IMG/VR virus record: IMGVR_UViG_3300025809_000002
Span: 1-56,873 of that record
Strand: one strand, 5' to 3'
From: a virus
Lineage: Duplodnaviria > Caudoviricetes
DNA length: 56,873 bases
Part shown: positions 37,745 to 46,392 of the stretch, one piece after another
Numbering within the stretch: the first letter of the stretch is position 1
Layout of the letters: each line of letters starts with the position of its first letter
Position numbers and translations under genes: made by a program
Notes under the pieces: model-generated
Seen by the model: only the letters and a program-made list of their open reading frames with translations
The model's database searches: none
Told to the model about the DNA's origin: nothing

Positions 37745-40078
37745 TTAAAATCCAAATACTATTGCCATTGCGATAGCTTTACCTGTAGTGAATCCGGGAG
37801 CAGGAGTCACGAAAGACAGCGAACCGCTGCCGTCAGTTTTCAATAGTTGATCTGATGTACCGTCTGTTGTAGGTAGTGTAAACGTTCCTACAAAAGATGT
37901 CAAGTTGCTGTCATAGGCTTGTATTGTACTACCAATGTCTGCGTCATTCAGCAAAGTGGCATCGTAGGCTTGTACTGTGACACCAATGTCTGACGATTGT
38001 AAAGCCGAATCAGCCAACGCACCCTGAGCTGTTGTAGCAAACCGTGCATCAGCAGCCGCCTTAGTGTAGACATCTCCTAAAGCAAAAGCGCCATACGCCA
38101 CGATGTCAATCAAGTCACCAGCAGTTGCGCCTGTAGCTAGTACAATGTCTGTACCGCTGGTGGCTGTGAAGTCTGTGCCTGTAACAAGCTTGACACCGTT
38201 TTGGTAAACATCTACAAAGCCAGCATCATAGATGATGGCAAAGGTTGTTTGGCTTGCTGTTGCTGTATACACTGCACGTTCAGAAGTGCCATTTACGGCA
38301 GAGCCTGCAGCAACCCAGCTAGAGCCGGTGTAGACACGCATTTGCTCGGCAGTGGTATCCCAGTACAAAGCACCAGTTAACAGCGCATTACCGTCGTTGT
38401 CCAGAGTAGGCGTAGAAGACTTGCTTCCTAGATAGCGGTCATCAAAGGCATCGTAGCTGTCAGCAGCAGCTGTTGCAGCTAATTCTGCAGCAGTGGCAGA
38501 ACCCGAAGCTTGTGTCGCACTGGTTGATGCATTGCCTTCGGAAGTTGCTGCGTTACTTTCAGAAGTGGCGGCATTTGATGCAGAAATAGCAGCTGCTGTA
38601 GCAGAACCCAGTATACCGTCCACATATGTTTTGGTAGTGGCATCTTGATCAGCAGTTGGGTCACCAAGACCTGTTATCTTATTTGTTCCTAACGCAATTG
38701 CGCCAGACATTGTGCCACCAGTTAAAGGAAGATTAAGTGCATCAGCAGTGTCTACATAAGTTTTAGTGGCAGCGTCTTGGTTTGCTGTTGGGTCACCTAA
38801 GCCTGTAATCTTATTAGTGCCCATCGCAATGGCACCACTCATTGTGCCACCAGCAAGAGCCAGTTTTAAAGCATCAGCAGTATCTACATAGGTTTTTGTT
38901 GCAGCGTCTTGGGCAAGAGTGGGGTCACCGACACCAGTGATCTTGTTTGTCCCCATTGCAATGGAGCCAGACATTGTGCCACCAGCCAAAGGAAGCTTTG
39001 TTGCGATGCTGTTGGTAACAGTGGTGGAGAAGTTGGCGTCATCACCAAGAGCTGCTGCCAGCTCATTCAACGTATCAAGAGCAGCAGGAGCTGCGTCAAT
39101 CACGTTAGCAATTGATGTATCAACATATCCTTTGGTTGCAGCGTCAGCGGTTGCGGTTGGTGTACCAAGACCAGTGATCTTGTTCGTTCCCATCGCAATA
39201 GCACCTGACATGGTACCACCGGACAGGTTCAGCTTCAACGCATCAGCAGCGTCTACGTATCCTTTTGTAGCTGCATCACCAGTGTTTGTAGGAGAGGTTA
39301 AGTTTGTGATGGTCGCTGAAGTGCCAGCGTTCATGTTCAAACCACCGTTAATCACCACATCGTTAAATGTAGATGACCCGCTAGAGGCTGTGACGTTACC
39401 CGTCAAATCTCCAGTGACGTTCCCTGTCACGTTGCCTGTGAGGTTACCAGTTACATTACCAGTGACGTTGCCCGTCAGTCCACCAGCAAAGCCAGTGGTT
39501 GCTGTAACCAACGTACCAGTGATAGCTTGAGCAGCAGCGCCGCCGATAACAGCGCCGTCAATAGTACCTGCGTTAATATCAGCAGAAGCAATAGTTGCTG
39601 CTGTGTTTACGGTTAAGTTAGTTGCAGTGACTGCAGCTGGTGTTGTTGCCCCCACCACAGTGCCATCAATAGTGCCACCGTTAATGTCAGCAGTGTCAGC
39701 AACTAAGCTGTCAATGTTTGCTGTACCGTCAATGTACAAGTCTTTAAACTGAGCGCCAGAAGAACCCAAGTCAATGTCATCATCTGTAACAGGTACAACG
39801 GCTCCATCTTGGAAGCGTACCTGCTCAACAGGTGCTGCAGAAACTTCAACAAACACACCAACACGGTTGTTGCTTGTATCAACAGCAACTTTATTTTTAG
39901 CATCTATGTCAGCAATGACAGGTACGAAAGCACCTTCGGCTGCTGTGCCGTCATGCTTGTGTCCAGTGGTTGCAGCTAATGCGTCACGAAGTGCATTGAA
40001 TTCGTTATTAAGAGGCGTAGCACGTACAACAGCGGTAGGTACTATGTCAGCAGAAGATTGTCTTGTGTATCCAGCCAA
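37745..40078 (-). CDS. Major tail fibre protein
   Basis: MAGYTRQS anchor, GNVT repeats, DAATK.YVD repeats, LDTL.ELA.AL; TTG start with AGGAG. Confidence 0.88.
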   Translation of the reverse strand: MAGYTRQSSADIVPTAVVRATPLNNEFNALRDALAATTGHKHDGTAAEGAFVPVIADIDAKNKVAVDTSNNRVGVFVEVSAAPVEQVRFQDGAVVPVTDDDIDLGSSGAQFKDLYIDGTANIDSLVADTADINGGTIDGTVVGATTPAAVTATNLTVNTAATIASADINAGTIDGAVIGGAAAQAITGTLVTATTGFAGGLTGNVTGNVTGNLTGNVTGNVTGDLTGNVTASSGSSTFNDVVINGGLNMNAGTSATITNLTSPTNTGDAATKGYVDAADALKLNLSGGTMSGAIAMGTNKITGLGTPTATADAATKGYVDTSIANVIDAAPAALDTLNELAAALGDDANFSTTVTNSIATKLPLAGGTMSGSIAMGTNKITGVGDPTLAQDAATKTYVDTADALKLALAGGTMSGAIAMGTNKITGLGDPTANQDAATKTYVDTADALNLPLTGGTMSGAIALGTNKITGLGDPTADQDATTKTYVDGILGSATAAAISASNAATSESNAATSEGNASTSATQASGSATAAELAATAAADSYDAFDDRYLGSKSSTPTLDNDGNALLTGALYWDTTAEQMRVYTGSSWVAAGSAVNGTSERAVYTATASQTTFAIIYDAGFVDVYQNGVKLVTGTDFTATSGTDIVLATGATAGDLIDIVAYGAFALGDVYTKAAADARFATTAQGALADSALQSSDIGVTVQAYDATLLNDADIGSTIQAYDSNLTSFVGTFTLPTTDGTSDQLLKTDGSGSLSFVTPAPGFTTGKAIAMAIVFGF

Positions 40079-40089
40079 TTGTTTTCTCC

Positions 40090-41646
40090 TTATCGCCTGT
40101 CATTGACAGCGTAATTTAATACGATGCCTTGAATGTCATGACTAGCGTTTGTGTCATTTGTTACATATCTGAAAGCTATAGAGAACCCAGAGCCTGAGAT
40201 ATTAGTTTTTGTTACTGGTGAAGGGTTTCCATCATAAATAGCAGCTGCATCATAAACAGCTTCGTTATAATATGCAGCCGCACCTTGTGTGTTTATGGTG
40301 TAGTTAGCAGGATTAAATACCCCCTGACTATCATCAAAATCATACGACACACCTAACAAAATTTCAGAGGCCCCTTCGCTTCTTAAGAATGTAGTGGTGT
40401 TGTAAAAGTTTTTACGAATCGTTGGGTCTTGAAAGTAGTAGTAAGGTGTTTGATAAATTGAAAGAATTTCAGCATTATCAAAAGATGTACCACTTTCCTG
40501 CAGATGCACTTTACCAGCAGCATCCCCGTGGATAAGAACCTCATCAACACCAATATAACCGCTAGAGGCTGCTGTCGCAGGGATTCCAAAGATCTGTGAA
40601 TACTCAAAATTAAAACCTTGAGCTGTCTGACGTAATCCTCCAAGCAAACCAAAGTTGCCTTCAGCAGGTAAGAAGAATCTAAACTGAGACTTTGTACGAA
40701 GCACAACGCTTGTTAAAGTTTCTGGGTCTGTACTACCTGCTACAATTTCTTGAATGATGGCGTTGATTGTAAATTGAATTTGCTTGGAGATTGTTTGCAG
40801 CTCAACGTCACCAATATTAGAAGTTCCTGAGATAGGTCTAAATCCGTCAGGACCTAAGAATATAAGGCTTCCGCCTAGTTCTACCACACTATCAGGAACA
40901 AGGCAACCTAAGTTGGTAGTGACCTCAGACACAACAAAGTCAGCAAGGCTATTACCATTTAATCGTTTGATTTGATTCTTACCAAAGATATATAAAGTAT
41001 CCCGAAAAGATTTAATCTGTACAATCTCAAAACCGACATTGATAACTCCAGCTCCATTAGCAGGAGAAAAGTTTGTCTCTGATACAGGGGAAGAGAAATA
41101 TAAATTGTAAGCTTCGGCAGGATCACCACACAAAAACATATGGTTCTTATATGGGCTGGAATACTTAGGGGCACTCGGCGCATTAGTGTCTGTGATCTGT
41201 GTATACGTTATACCGTCATACACAGCAGCAGGATTAATACCGTCAGTTAATAAAAGCTTAGGAGCACCCCAATTAAAACGAGAGAAGCGTACTTTATTAA
41301 CGCCTGTCATACTGACAGAGACGGGTGTTGTCACTGCCACCCAGTCAGTTGTGCCTACATCCCAACGAAAGAAATAATCAGTACCTACTGAAGGCTTGCG
41401 GCAAGCAAAGATATTATCATTAATGCCTTCTAGAATAGCAACGCCTAAGACATTACCTGTCCCCGGTACAGTGCCATAGGTATTAGTAAAACCGCTAAGT
41501 CTCCTATAACCACCAGTAATAGAAGGCTCATAGTTAATTAGCTGCGTAGCTGAACCGGGTGTATCTTCTCCTTGAGACAGCACATCCCTGTTGGTGTTCA
41601 TGCCACCAACACAGTTTACCTTAAACGCATTAATTCTATCTGCCAT
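40090..41646 (-). CDS. Tail nozzle (tubular protein B-like)
   Basis: Beta-rich, GG.N N-terminus; follows the adaptor. Confidence 0.75.
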   Translation of the reverse strand: MADRINAFKVNCVGGMNTNRDVLSQGEDTPGSATQLINYEPSITGGYRRLSGFTNTYGTVPGTGNVLGVAILEGINDNIFACRKPSVGTDYFFRWDVGTTDWVAVTTPVSVSMTGVNKVRFSRFNWGAPKLLLTDGINPAAVYDGITYTQITDTNAPSAPKYSSPYKNHMFLCGDPAEAYNLYFSSPVSETNFSPANGAGVINVGFEIVQIKSFRDTLYIFGKNQIKRLNGNSLADFVVSEVTTNLGCLVPDSVVELGGSLIFLGPDGFRPISGTSNIGDVELQTISKQIQFTINAIIQEIVAGSTDPETLTSVVLRTKSQFRFFLPAEGNFGLLGGLRQTAQGFNFEYSQIFGIPATAASSGYIGVDEVLIHGDAAGKVHLQESGTSFDNAEILSIYQTPYYYFQDPTIRKNFYNTTTFLRSEGASEILLGVSYDFDDSQGVFNPANYTINTQGAAAYYNEAVYDAAAIYDGNPSPVTKTNISGSGFSIAFRYVTNDTNASHDIQGIVLNYAVNDRR

Positions 41647-42353
41647 TAAATAATTCTACCGCTTAAAGGTCTAGATGATAAAGCTGTTGACGTAATATAC
41701 AACGGCTCATCCAGATACAAACGACGCATCGTCTTAATACCTTGATCAAATCTTGTCTGATGGATAGAAGCACTTTGTTCGTTAGAGCGATACACCATCA
41801 TGTATACCATCGCTCCATCTAATATAACGCTAGAGAATCGGTCAGGAATAATACATACATCATCAGCAGCCACCATGTTAGCAGGGAAAGACCAGTATTT
41901 GTATTCAATCTCATAAGCACGATCAGGAAGAGGCGTGACACCAAATTTAAGATCTTGTGTCTGATAAACATAGCGGGGAGAGTTATACCCTCCAACACCA
42001 TTCAAATCATCTTGTGGGCGATACTTGCTGATGTAGTCAACATAGCTCAACGTATCCAGCTTACCCGGCTGATTAATACTATCAAATGTTTTAAGGTAGA
42101 AGCTCTCCCAATCAACACTAGACATATCAGCAGGAAAATCGTATACAGATTGACCAATGGTCATTGTCTGTGTATAAGTCTGCAGAGTGAAAGGCCACTC
42201 CTGTGCCACATGTAAGATTTCTCTAACGGATGAATTGATAGCGGTTTTAGCAAGAGCTTGAATATTACGTGCGGTTGGAAGCTCAGATGAGTCCATCGGC
42301 ACTTCGCCCAAGCGTTGTAGCAATTCATTCGTTAAAGAAAGGTAGGTAGCCAT
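41646..42353 (-). CDS. Head-tail adaptor (tubular protein A-like)
   Basis: YL.L.N..L.RL.E, WPF and P.PD..Y motifs. Confidence 0.8.
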   Translation of the reverse strand: MATYLSLTNELLQRLGEVPMDSSELPTARNIQALAKTAINSSVREILHVAQEWPFTLQTYTQTMTIGQSVYDFPADMSSVDWESFYLKTFDSINQPGKLDTLSYVDYISKYRPQDDLNGVGGYNSPRYVYQTQDLKFGVTPLPDRAYEIEYKYWSFPANMVAADDVCIIPDRFSSVILDGAMVYMMVYRSNEQSASIHQTRFDQGIKTMRRLYLDEPLYITSTALSSRPLSGRII

Positions 42354-42367
42354 AATAATATATAAGT

Positions 42368-42403
42368 AAAAAGAAGGAACCGCCGCAGAGCAGCAGTCCC
42401 CTC
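42368..42403 (-). terminator. Rho-independent terminator after the capsid gene
   Basis: GAGGGGACTGCTGC-TCT-GCGGCGGTTCCTTC followed by TTTTT. Confidence 0.85.
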
Positions 42404-42414
42404 TCAGTCAGCGT

Positions 42415-43482
42415 TTAGGCTACGTTGTAAGCAGCCGTCACGATGCCTTCAGGACGAAGGATCTTGCGACCGTACAAGTGCATGCCACGAACGATGTCAG
42501 CAAAGCTGTCGGGATCACGGTAAGACTCAGTCTTAGTGATCTGCTCAGCCGTTGCAACTGCGCTTTGATGACCAGCGGTAAGAACACCGTAGTTGGTATC
42601 TTGCTCAGTAGCACCAGCAGTGCCAGCACCAGTGCCGATCTGTGGCAAGTTGTTAGACACATACACTTTGAAACCGTGCAAGTTGTTCAACACCAAGCCG
42701 TTCTGCATACCAGAACCACCGAAGTCACCGTTCAACAAACGGCTGTCCTCGTCCTTCAACATTTCCATGAAGACAGGATCGACAACCAACCAGCGACCGT
42801 TGCTGTCAACGAACTTCTGGTCCAACAAACGAGCCATACGAGCAACCAGCATCAAAGGAGATACAGTAGTCGTAGGGATGGAAGTTGCACCGGGAAGGCG
42901 AGGAGCCAACGGAATAGAGCCACCAGTAGAGGCGCTAGTCAAGTTGCTGAATGACTCACGGAAAAGCTTCATAGAAGCCAACAGTTCGTCAGCACCAGCA
43001 GTGGTGTCAGCCTTAGTACCAGCAGGAGCGGTACGGGCAGTGTCAGCCACGCCGTTCTTGGCAGACTGCTTGAAGCCAGTCATGTAACCAAGGATGTCTT
43101 GGTCATAGTTGTCACGCAGGCGATAACCAGCACGTTCGGTGGACAGAGACATCCAGTTCACATGTGAGTGAGCGGCTTCAATGTCATCAACCTTGAATGC
43201 GAAGTAGTTGCCTTGGTCAACAACCAGCGTGAAGTCAGCATCGTCGATGTCATCAGGTGCAATCGTCGTGCCACGGTTATACGCCTTTACTGAGATTTCA
43301 GGTTCTTTAATAATACGAACACTGTCACCGTAGTTAGCGATCTCACCGAAGTAGTCGTTGTTAGTGATGGCTTCTGCGATAGAAGACTTACGGAAAGCAA
43401 GTTGAACCTGCTTGGAATAAATTACGGGGCTGAAGTTGCCATTAGGCAAGTTCGTGTAACCCGCTGCGGATGGGAAAGCCAT
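42415..43482 (-). CDS. Major capsid protein
   Basis: NLPNGNFSPVIYSK, GD.V.I, DQ..YF.F.VDD, R.LVV.P, D.VRG...YG.KILRP; strong codon bias. Confidence 0.92.
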   Translation of the reverse strand: MAFPSAAGYTNLPNGNFSPVIYSKQVQLAFRKSSIAEAITNNDYFGEIANYGDSVRIIKEPEISVKAYNRGTTIAPDDIDDADFTLVVDQGNYFAFKVDDIEAAHSHVNWMSLSTERAGYRLRDNYDQDILGYMTGFKQSAKNGVADTARTAPAGTKADTTAGADELLASMKLFRESFSNLTSASTGGSIPLAPRLPGATSIPTTTVSPLMLVARMARLLDQKFVDSNGRWLVVDPVFMEMLKDEDSRLLNGDFGGSGMQNGLVLNNLHGFKVYVSNNLPQIGTGAGTAGATEQDTNYGVLTAGHQSAVATAEQITKTESYRDPDSFADIVRGMHLYGRKILRPEGIVTAAYNVA

Positions 43483-43728
43483 TATATATCTCCTTGATGT
43501 TAGGCTTAATTCACTGAAATACCTACTCAGGGCCGTACTCGTTTAGGTGGCTAATACAGAAAGTTCTAGATTCTTTCTGCATTAACGGCTAAAGGTACTG
43601 GGTTGTCTCGTAGCCTATAGACAGTGATACATAGGACATTTCTGTCCGTTTTGGGTTAGGCTTAAAGGTGTGTCTCTAGAAGACGGCTTTGTTGCCTAGT
43701 GAGGAGAAGGGGAGAATTCCCCAACCCC
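43483..43728 (-). ncRNA. Structured 5' leader of the capsid mRNA (candidate cis-regulatory RNA)
   Basis: Several hairpins including GGACA-GAAA-TGTCC and a 14-bp stem; two AAGCCTAAC copies. Confidence 0.6.
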
Positions 43729-43734
43729 TAGTAA

Positions 43735-43763
43735 GTTATACAGAAGTATTCACTTTCTGTCAA
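43735..43763 (-). promoter_or_regulatory. Sigma70-type promoter for the capsid gene
   Basis: TTGACA-17 bp-TATAAC. Confidence 0.85.
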
Positions 43764-43770
43764 CTAATTT

Positions 43771-44619
43771 TTAACGTGCATTTCCTGTAACGTCATACAC
43801 GAATTTATTGGTGCGCTGTGCCGTTAGGATTGCCTCAGCATTTTTTTCAAACTCGTTCATAGACATCTTCTCCACCTGACTCTCATAGATGAGACCTTCA
43901 GTGTTGGCAGCAGATGGTGCCGAGCGTGAGCCTCGACCAATAGCAGAAGCTAAATCTTTGTCAGAAGTTTTCTTACTAGCTTTAATACCTTTGTCTGACT
44001 TATAGAGATCAATAGCTCTAGCCGCAGCTTTTGCATCAGTATCATTGTCATACAAAGCTTGCTGTACCCAATTAGGTTGTTCTTCAACCCATTCATGAAA
44101 TTCATCTTGATCACGTATTTCTCCAAAATCAGGGTGCAGGCGTGTCAGCTCAACTTCTGCTTTTTCTCTAGCATTGTTTTTCTCAGCTTCATCAATCTTC
44201 TTCAGCCGATCTTCAATACCAGTGGATTGTTCTTTTGCTTTCTTAATTGCAATTGTTTCTACAATCTTGTAGACATCAGGGTACTCTGACGCCCAAGCAT
44301 TAAGTTCGTCTTCTGACTTAGGTAGACGAATTTCTTTCTTGGTTGTTTTTGTTAGTTGTTCTTTTAAAGAATCAATCTGCGTTTGCAGGTCATCTTGCAA
44401 CTTTTGACTATGGCGACGAAGGTCACCGTAGCGTTTCTTAAATGTCCTCTCTTCAGAACCCTCTGGTTCTTTCTCGTCATCGTCTTTCTCAACAGGGTTT
44501 TCTCTAGCCTCTGTCAGCGCTTTAATCTCTTCCTCTGTTTGACGAATTCTTTCTTCACTAGCATTACGCCGTCCAAATGCAACCACTGGTTTTGCAACAG
44601 GTATAATAACTTCACTCAT
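43771..44619 (-). CDS. Scaffolding protein
   Basis: Coiled coil, E.TFKKRYGDLRRH, HPDF; upstream of the capsid gene. Confidence 0.8.
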   Translation of the reverse strand: MSEVIIPVAKPVVAFGRRNASEERIRQTEEEIKALTEARENPVEKDDDEKEPEGSEERTFKKRYGDLRRHSQKLQDDLQTQIDSLKEQLTKTTKKEIRLPKSEDELNAWASEYPDVYKIVETIAIKKAKEQSTGIEDRLKKIDEAEKNNAREKAEVELTRLHPDFGEIRDQDEFHEWVEEQPNWVQQALYDNDTDAKAAARAIDLYKSDKGIKASKKTSDKDLASAIGRGSRSAPSAANTEGLIYESQVEKMSMNEFEKNAEAILTAQRTNKFVYDVTGNAR

Positions 44620-44744
44620 CTTTTTTCCTTTAAGTTGGGGCTAACAGTAGCAACACTCTGTGTTGGGAATTAGGTAGCCATTGACGGTGGGTTGTTGTTG
44701 AGTATTGGTCAGCCCACCACTGATCCCAATATTTATATTATATC

Positions 44745-46199
44745 TTATTTCTTAGCAGCTAAACCTTTTTTAGTAGGTTTTGCTTTTGCAGGACGTTTCT
44801 TTACCATACCGCCTTTAGCCATATTACCGGCATCATCTTCCTCACCGTATCCGCCGGAGCCATCATCCATGCTAAAGCCGCCGGGGGTTTCACCACCGCT
44901 AGGGCTAGAGCTATAAACGTTAGGGTTGGAGCTAACGGGTGCTGAAGGCCTACCGGGGTCTGCCGCATCAGGATTAACTTCGTTGGCATCTACATCGGTG
45001 CCTTTAGCACTTTCAGTACCAACAACCGAGGCAATCTCTCCATTGCTATTATAGGTAACAATCGCATTCGGGTTTGAAGAGTCTACACCTTTAAGTGCTT
45101 TATCATATAAAGATTTTTGTGCTTTAGCGTATGGCGTCTCAGGGATAAAAGAAAACTTTGATCGTGCATAGGTTGCTACTTTTGCAGCTGCCTTAGCTGC
45201 TGTTGGGTTTTGTGCGTAGAATTGAGCTAGCTTACCATAATCAGTTTCTGTCGTTGCTTGCGTTTCTCCGCTTCCGCTTACGTCTGTAATAGATTTAGCA
45301 GCTTCTTTTTCATCAGCGGCTTTACCTACAAGTTTTTCTACAGGTTCTTTTGTTTCTTTAAAACCTTCAGGAATAGATGTAGAAGGTTTACCATTTAAGT
45401 ATGTAATAAACATAACCCTGCCATCAGGGTGTTTAAAATATCTTACATCTACAACAGGGTTCTTAGTCCAATCCATCTTAGTAGCATCAGCTTCTGTAAC
45501 AATACCCCCAAGAGCAAACCCTTCTGGCATTGCGTCATCACCTTCTTCTGCCATGATGTCATCAATCTCTGCTTCAAAATCTTCATCACCTTGTTCGCTA
45601 AATGTTTGGTCAGGATTTGCAACTTCCTCAGCATTCCCCATCTGGCCCATTTCGTTCATACGTTGTAGGCCCTGCTTTGCTTTATCCCGCATAGCCATCA
45701 GCTTCTCTAGGCCAATGTAACGAACAACATCAGCAGGCACAACAAACTCGCCCTCGCTAAGCTGTGCTGGAATATCATCAGCAACTTCTTCTCGTAAAGA
45801 ACCCGGAGGAACTTCTACACCGTTGACGCTTTCGCCACTGTCATCCATCATGCCGCCTTCGGCGAATAGTTTATTCATTTGTTCCACGTTGCCACCCTTT
45901 GCATATTTCTCTGGAGCATTAGCGCCCCCTGCATCTGATTTTCTAATAGCATCATCTACAGCTTCTTTAATAGACTCAAAAGATCTATACTCGTTTTTAG
46001 TATTTAAAGCATTCTCAATTGCTTCATCTTCGGATACAATCTGACCGTTCCAAAGTGAAGGAATGTTTGTGGGCTTACCTTTGTTTAAGCGGGGGTCTGT
46101 GACAGTGATACTAACCTCACTCATATCTTCACCTGAATCGCTCTTAACAGTAGGAAGACCATCGTGTGTCTTTAAATTATTTTGACCCATTAATTTCAT
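44745..46199 (-). CDS. Virion-associated protein with DDIPA.LSEGEFV domain and four AxGG motifs
   Basis: Translation; position between portal and scaffold. Confidence 0.75.
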   Translation of the reverse strand: MKLMGQNNLKTHDGLPTVKSDSGEDMSEVSITVTDPRLNKGKPTNIPSLWNGQIVSEDEAIENALNTKNEYRSFESIKEAVDDAIRKSDAGGANAPEKYAKGGNVEQMNKLFAEGGMMDDSGESVNGVEVPPGSLREEVADDIPAQLSEGEFVVPADVVRYIGLEKLMAMRDKAKQGLQRMNEMGQMGNAEEVANPDQTFSEQGDEDFEAEIDDIMAEEGDDAMPEGFALGGIVTEADATKMDWTKNPVVDVRYFKHPDGRVMFITYLNGKPSTSIPEGFKETKEPVEKLVGKAADEKEAAKSITDVSGSGETQATTETDYGKLAQFYAQNPTAAKAAAKVATYARSKFSFIPETPYAKAQKSLYDKALKGVDSSNPNAIVTYNSNGEIASVVGTESAKGTDVDANEVNPDAADPGRPSAPVSSNPNVYSSSPSGGETPGGFSMDDGSGGYGEEDDAGNMAKGGMVKKRPAKAKPTKKGLAAKK

Positions 46200-46392
46200 C
46201 CCTTAATTGCTTCAGCTTCTTAAGAGCCATGACTGCGCCTTGTGCCCTGTGTATTTCTACAGTATTGGTGGCCTGCTCTAAAGACTTCTGCTGAATGCTG
46301 GTGTAATAATCAACCATATCTTCAAAGGCTTGCCACTGAGTAGGAGCTGAGACCAGAGGCTTTAAAGCACTTAGCCACTTCTTCTCTGTCAT
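46177..46392 (-). CDS. Small conserved protein downstream of portal
   Basis: HRAQG...L..L..LRD motif. Confidence 0.75.
   Translation of the reverse strand: MTEKKWLSALKPLVSAPTQWQAFEDMVDYYTSIQQKSLEQATNTVEIHRAQGAVMALKKLKQLRDEINGSK

Noticed and set aside
38919-39530. Long antisense ORFs (also 10494-11039, 14785-15318, 18334-18840, 42478-43087, 56111-56650)
   Set aside because: Shadows of well-supported genes on the opposite strand; no recognisable motifs
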